Below are positions 59,905 through 64,000 of a stretch of DNA of 64,000 nucleotides, one piece after another (within the stretch, counting starts at the first letter, position 1; each line of letters begins with the position of its first letter). The translations under genes and the position numbers were made by a program. Source of the DNA: Candidatus Sulfomarinibacteraceae bacterium (GTDB lineage: Bacteria; Acidobacteriota; Thermoanaerobaculia; Thermoanaerobaculales; Sulfomarinibacteraceae); assembly GCA_963796455.1 (NCBI GenBank), contig CAWCLO010000010.1:384001-448000 (forward strand), in the 5' to 3' direction. The notes below the pieces were generated by a model, which was given only the letters and a program-made list of their open reading frames with translations, was not told the DNA's origin and did not search any database.

Positions 59905-60690
59905 ATGAGCCAGCGATTAAAGCTCGTTATCGCCTACTTCGGCCGCGGTTTCCACGGTTGGCAACGACAACCCAAGCAACGCACGGTGCAGGGCGAACTG
60001 GAACGCGCCCTGCGGAAATTCTCCGGTGAGTGCACCCCTGTGGTTGCCGGAGCGGGCCGCACGGACACGGGGGTTCACGCCGCCGGCCAGGTTGCGCATG
60101 TTGATCTCATATCACCCATCCCGGCCGATGCCATCACGCGAGGACTCAATGCAAGGCTGCCCCCGGAAATCCGCGTTCGATCCGCTGTCGCGGTCGGGCC
60201 GACATTCGACGCCCGAAAAAGCGCCCTCGGCAAACTCTATGTCTATCGCGCTCGTTGGCGGCCAACTGAGCTGCCCTGGCACGACCTCCGCGCCGCCTCA
60301 ATCCACGAGATCAAAGATCCCGACGCCCTTCTTGCCGCCGCGCGCCTCTATGTCGGTCGCCACGACTGGGCATCGTTCACCGTGCCAAATCCGGAACGGG
60401 TGCAGACCCAACGAAAGATATATCGGGTCGACCTTCGGTGGGGACGGAGAGGAATCGACGTTTATTGTGTCGGCGAAGGCTTTCTCAGATACCAGGTCCG
60501 GCGAATGGTTGGATTGCTCCTCGAAATCGGCAGTGGCAGGCGGGATCCGGACGAGGTGTCCGCCCTCCTCGATGACCCCCACCCCGGGGCGCCAATCAAA
60601 ACCGCTCCAGCAGCCGGCCTGTGTCTCGAGCGCGTCTATTATCGCCGGGCCCCGGCCCTCACACCAAGCATGGAGGAGGGCCCGAAATGA
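59905..60690 (+). CDS. truA: tRNA pseudouridine(38-40) synthase
   Basis: AY.G..FHGWQ.Q, AGRTD.GVHA.GQ, G.HD..SF, GFL..QVR.MVG and AP..GL.L motifs. Confidence 0.95.
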   Translation: MSQRLKLVIAYFGRGFHGWQRQPKQRTVQGELERALRKFSGECTPVVAGAGRTDTGVHAAGQVAHVDLISPIPADAITRGLNARLPPEIRVRSAVAVGPTFDARKSALGKLYVYRARWRPTELPWHDLRAASIHEIKDPDALLAAARLYVGRHDWASFTVPNPERVQTQRKIYRVDLRWGRRGIDVYCVGEGFLRYQVRRMVGLLLEIGSGRRDPDEVSALLDDPHPGAPIKTAPAAGLCLERVYYRRAPALTPSMEEGPK

Positions 60691-60724
60691 CCGGCTGTGG
60701 TAGACTTCCTGGCCCTGGTAGATA

Positions 60725-61531
60725 GTGATGCAATCGCTTGATGAGATCGCCCAACCCGGCACCCGAGAACGCGAGATTTTGGAGCGCATCGACCCAGAAA
60801 AGCTCCCCCGTCACGTCGCCATCATCATGGACGGCAACGGTCGCTGGGCCATGGCGCGCAAGAAGCCTCGCGTCGAAGGGCATCGCGCGGGTATTCGTTC
60901 GGTCCGCGAGACCGTCGAGGCCTCCGCTCGACTCGGTCTCGAGGTGATCACTCTCTACGCTTTTTCCACCGAAAACTGGAAACGGCCGCGCCACGAAGTG
61001 CTCACCTTGATGGGTCTGCTCAAGGAGTACATCAACCGCGAGTTGGAAAACCTCCGCAACAACAACATCCGATTTCGTCCCATCGGGAGAATCGATCTGC
61101 TTGACCCGTCGGTTCAGAAGGCGCTGCGACGCGCCATCGATGGAACCAGTCAATGCGATGGCACCCTGCTCCAGATCGCCTTGAACTACTCCGGCCGCCA
61201 GGAGTTGACCGATGTGGTTCGTACGGCGGTTTCCCAATCAAGAGCAGACGGTCTCGAAATCGAGACCATCAACGAAGCCTGGGTCGCCGACCATCTCACA
61301 ACGGCTGGAAATCCCGATCCCGATCTCCTGATCCGGACATCGGGTGAACAGCGTATTTCAAACTTTCTCCTGTGGCAGGCGGCTTATGCCGAAATCTACT
61401 TCTGTCCGGTTCTGTGGCCGGATTTTTCGACCGCTGACCTGCTCTCGGCAATTCTGGCTTTTCAGCAGCGCGACCGACGTTTTGGCGGCCTGCCTCCGGA
61501 CGACGGTGTGTTCAATCCGCCGGGCTCCTGA
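60725..61531 (+). CDS. uppS: Undecaprenyl diphosphate synthase
   Basis: HVAIIMDGNGRWA, YAFSTENWKRP..EV and PDLLIRTSGE.RISNFLLWQ motifs. Confidence 0.97.
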   Translation: MMQSLDEIAQPGTREREILERIDPEKLPRHVAIIMDGNGRWAMARKKPRVEGHRAGIRSVRETVEASARLGLEVITLYAFSTENWKRPRHEVLTLMGLLKEYINRELENLRNNNIRFRPIGRIDLLDPSVQKALRRAIDGTSQCDGTLLQIALNYSGRQELTDVVRTAVSQSRADGLEIETINEAWVADHLTTAGNPDPDLLIRTSGEQRISNFLLWQAAYAEIYFCPVLWPDFSTADLLSAILAFQQRDRRFGGLPPDDGVFNPPGS

Positions 61532-61542
61532 GGCGGCGGACG

Positions 61543-62358
61543 ATGCATTCTCAACGCATTGCGGTCGCAATCGTCGCGATCCCTCTTCTCGCCGCGACGA
61601 TTGTCTGGCTCCCCGTATGGGCGTTTCTGATCGTTTTGGGCGCCGCAACGATCCTCGCCTGTGACGAATTCCTCGGTATGGCCAGGGAGGCGGGTATCGA
61701 CAACGGTCGGTGGCTTCCGTTGTTGCTCACGGCCGCGCTGTTGGCAGCCTCGTGGTCACATGGAGCCGCAGGACTCGCCACAGCGACCATCTCGACCCTG
61801 CTGATCCTCTCAGGGGCCCGGCTGAGCCACCAACGAGCGCCTCAAGGTGCCTTGGCGGCTATTGCTGCCGAGTCCTTTGCCGTACTCTTTGTCGGATCAA
61901 CCGCCGCCTGTCTGGGTTGGCTTCGACTCTTGCCGGCAGATGGTGACGGGATCCGTCTGATCATCCTTTTTCTGGTCAGCATCTGGGTCGGCGACTCCGG
62001 CGCCTACTACGTCGGCCGCCAGTTCGGTCGCCACAAGATGTCGCCTCGAATCAGCCCCAACAAGACCATCGAGGGGCTGTTGGGTGGAATCGCCGCCACA
62101 ATTGCGGTGGTGTTTATTGGAGTCCACCTGCTGGAGCTCCCTTTCAGCCCCATTCATACCGCAGCGATCGCGACCATTCTTGCCATCGCGGCACCATTGG
62201 GTGACCTTGTGGAGTCTCAATTCAAACGGGACAGCGGTGTCAAAGACTCTTCGACCCTGCTTCCGGGGCATGGCGGTTTCCTCGATAGAACCGACAGTCT
62301 CTTCTACGCGGCGCCTCCGGTGCTCGGTTATCTTCTTCTGGCCGGCCTCATCGGATGA
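61543..62358 (+). CDS. cdsA: Phosphatidate cytidylyltransferase
   Basis: DSGAYY.G, SPNKT.EG and GDL.ES..KR..GVKDS..LLPGHGG.LDR.DS motifs. Confidence 0.96.
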   Translation: MHSQRIAVAIVAIPLLAATIVWLPVWAFLIVLGAATILACDEFLGMAREAGIDNGRWLPLLLTAALLAASWSHGAAGLATATISTLLILSGARLSHQRAPQGALAAIAAESFAVLFVGSTAACLGWLRLLPADGDGIRLIILFLVSIWVGDSGAYYVGRQFGRHKMSPRISPNKTIEGLLGGIAATIAVVFIGVHLLELPFSPIHTAAIATILAIAAPLGDLVESQFKRDSGVKDSSTLLPGHGGFLDRTDSLFYAAPPVLGYLLLAGLIG

Positions 62359-63539
62359 AAAAACTGGCCGTGCTCGGATCCACGGGCTCCGTGGGATCGT
62401 CAACTCTGGATATCGTCGAGTCCTTTCCAGACCGATTCGAGATCGTCGCACTGGCTGCCGGTCATCGTCTGGATGTCCTTCGACCTCAGATCGAAGCCCA
62501 TCGTCCGGCCCTCGTTGCAGTGGCCGAAATCGATGATGCCAAAAGCCTTGCGGCGGAGTATTCCGGCATCCGATTCGTCGCCGGCATGGAGGGCTTGATC
62601 GAAGTGGCCTGCCATCCGGAGTCCGCTCTCGTCGTATCCGCCCTGGTCGGCTCGATCGGGCTCGAACCGACGGTGATGGCGATTCGCGCCGGCAAGGACA
62701 TCGCCCTCGCGAACAAAGAAACCCTGGTCGTGGCGGGCGAACTGGTCATGGATGAGATCCGTCGGACCGGTGTCGAACTGCTGCCGATCGACAGCGAACA
62801 CAACGCAATCCATCAGGCACTGCAGGTCGGACCGGATGATTCGGTCAAGAGGCTCATTCTCACCGCCTCGGGAGGCCCCTTCCGCACCTGGACCGCTGAG
62901 GAAATGGCCTGTGCCACCGTCAGCGAGACCCTCCATCACCCCACCTGGCAGATGGGCCCGAAGATCTCCGTCGACTCGGCAACGATGATGAACAAGGGCC
63001 TGGAGATCATCGAAGCCCATCACCTCTTCGGTCTCTCCGAAGATCGTATCGGAGTCGTCATTCATCCCCAGAGTCTGATCCACTCCTTTGTCGAATACGT
63101 CGACGGGTCCATCATCGCCCAGATGTCGGTCAACGATATGCGTTTGCCGATTCTCTATGCCCTTTCGTGGCCGGAACGTCTTCCCAATAAAGTCCCTGCC
63201 CTCGACCTGGTCTCGGCCTCTCCCCTGACCTTTGAGCAACCCGATTCCGACCGTTTTCCAGCGCTCGGATTAGCTCGTCAAGCCGCACAGAGCGGTGGCG
63301 AGATGCCGGCGGTCCTCAACGCAGCCAACGAGATGGCGGTCGAGGCATTTCTCGAGGGCCGGTGTCCGCTGACCGCGATCTCGGCTACCGTTGAGGAGGC
63401 GCTCAGTCACTGGGCAGGTCGTAATCGACCGCTGACCAGCATCGAACAGGCGATCACCATTGACGCCGAGATTCGCGAGATTGTCGGCACAACATGGAAA
63501 TATGCGGTGGCCCTCGCGGGTTCGGAGAATCGATGTTGA
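62355..63539 (+). CDS. dxr: 1-deoxy-D-xylulose-5-phosphate reductoisomerase
   Basis: LGSTGSVG, LANKE.LV.AG, PIDSEH.A, LTASGGPF, HP.W.MG.KI.VDSATMMNKGLE and NAANE motifs. Confidence 0.97.
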   Translation: MKKLAVLGSTGSVGSSTLDIVESFPDRFEIVALAAGHRLDVLRPQIEAHRPALVAVAEIDDAKSLAAEYSGIRFVAGMEGLIEVACHPESALVVSALVGSIGLEPTVMAIRAGKDIALANKETLVVAGELVMDEIRRTGVELLPIDSEHNAIHQALQVGPDDSVKRLILTASGGPFRTWTAEEMACATVSETLHHPTWQMGPKISVDSATMMNKGLEIIEAHHLFGLSEDRIGVVIHPQSLIHSFVEYVDGSIIAQMSVNDMRLPILYALSWPERLPNKVPALDLVSASPLTFEQPDSDRFPALGLARQAAQSGGEMPAVLNAANEMAVEAFLEGRCPLTAISATVEEALSHWAGRNRPLTSIEQAITIDAEIREIVGTTWKYAVALAGSENRC

Positions 63540-64000
63540 CGCTTGCTGCTTTCATTTTCGTTATCGGGGTCTTGATCACTATCCACGAGGCCGGGCACTT
63601 CGCGGTCGCGCGATTGCTCGGAGCCCCAGTTGAAGTCTTTTCGATCGGATTCGGCAAACGGCTGTGGGGCTTTGAACGGGGCGGCACGGACTATCGGATT
63701 TCGCTCATTCCTCTCGGCGGCTATGTCCGGATCATCGGCCTCGGTCCGGATGAGTCGGATGTGATCGGCGAAAGCGAGGCGGAGCCAGAACTGCTGAGCC
63801 GCTGGAAACGCGCCCTGATCCTGCTCGCGGGTCCGGTGACAAATATCCTCGCTGCGGTCGTGTTTGTTGCCCTCGCTTTTGCCATCGGTGTCGAAGTCCC
63901 GGCCTATCGTGAAGAGGCCCCGGTGATCGGTTGGATCGCCCCAGGGTCACCCGCCGAGGATGCCGGTGTTCGAGAGGGCGATGTGGTTCGAGCGGTCGAT
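63533..64000 (+). CDS. rseP: RIP metalloprotease RseP, truncated by window end
   Basis: Own translation MLTLAAFIFVIGVLITIHEAGHF...FSIGFG...IPLGGYV...LAGPVTN then the start of a PDZ domain; not in the ORF track because it has no stop in the window. Confidence 0.92.
   Translation, partial: MLTLAAFIFVIGVLITIHEAGHFAVARLLGAPVEVFSIGFGKRLWGFERGGTDYRISLIPLGGYVRIIGLGPDESDVIGESEAEPELLSRWKRALILLAGPVTNILAAVVFVALAFAIGVEVPAYREEAPVIGWIAPGSPAEDAGVREGDVVRAVD

Overview
A GC-rich bacterial chromosomal segment; the gene content suggests Acidobacteriota or a similar lineage (inference only). 1-18 kb is a surface-glycan and pilin locus: a CMP-nonulosonate-type cytidylyltransferase, a frameshifted transketolase and capsule protein, a ColD-like dehydratase plus Fcl/ColC-like reductase, two YfhO/GT-C-type membrane proteins, two O-antigen-ligase-like proteins, a sigma54-driven pilin/GspG-like gene and Wzm/Wzt. 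18-34 kb mixes housekeeping genes (rsmI, slt-like, trxB, iscA-like, def, divIVA-like, hutI) with further GT-C-like membrane proteins and a PilGHI-like ABC module. 34-64 kb is core genome: tRNA-Val x2-thrS-rpmI-rplT-pheST (infC absent)-zapB-zapA-6S RNA-rny-ymdB, hisS-aspS, a DnaA-box-containing intergenic region, tsaC-recN, coaE, folD, ubiE, rdgB, an FHA-GAF-cyclase and truA-uppS-cdsA-dxr-rseP. The most unusual signal is a family of three 420-580 bp intergenic elements (about 13.8-14.2, 52.4-52.8 and 54.0-54.6 kb). Each is a differently deleted derivative of a four-helix-bundle (23S-rRNA-IVP/Avd-like) gene cassette, bounded by imperfect 18-bp terminal inverted repeats and mutually complementary CAGCGA/TCGCTG microsatellite arms, with no transposase; a 16-bp hairpin locking the RBS is intact in copy B and half-retained in copy C. 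Other notable items are a symmetric bidirectional promoter feeding two apparently leaderless genes, the missing infC, and a candidate oriC unlinked to dnaA.
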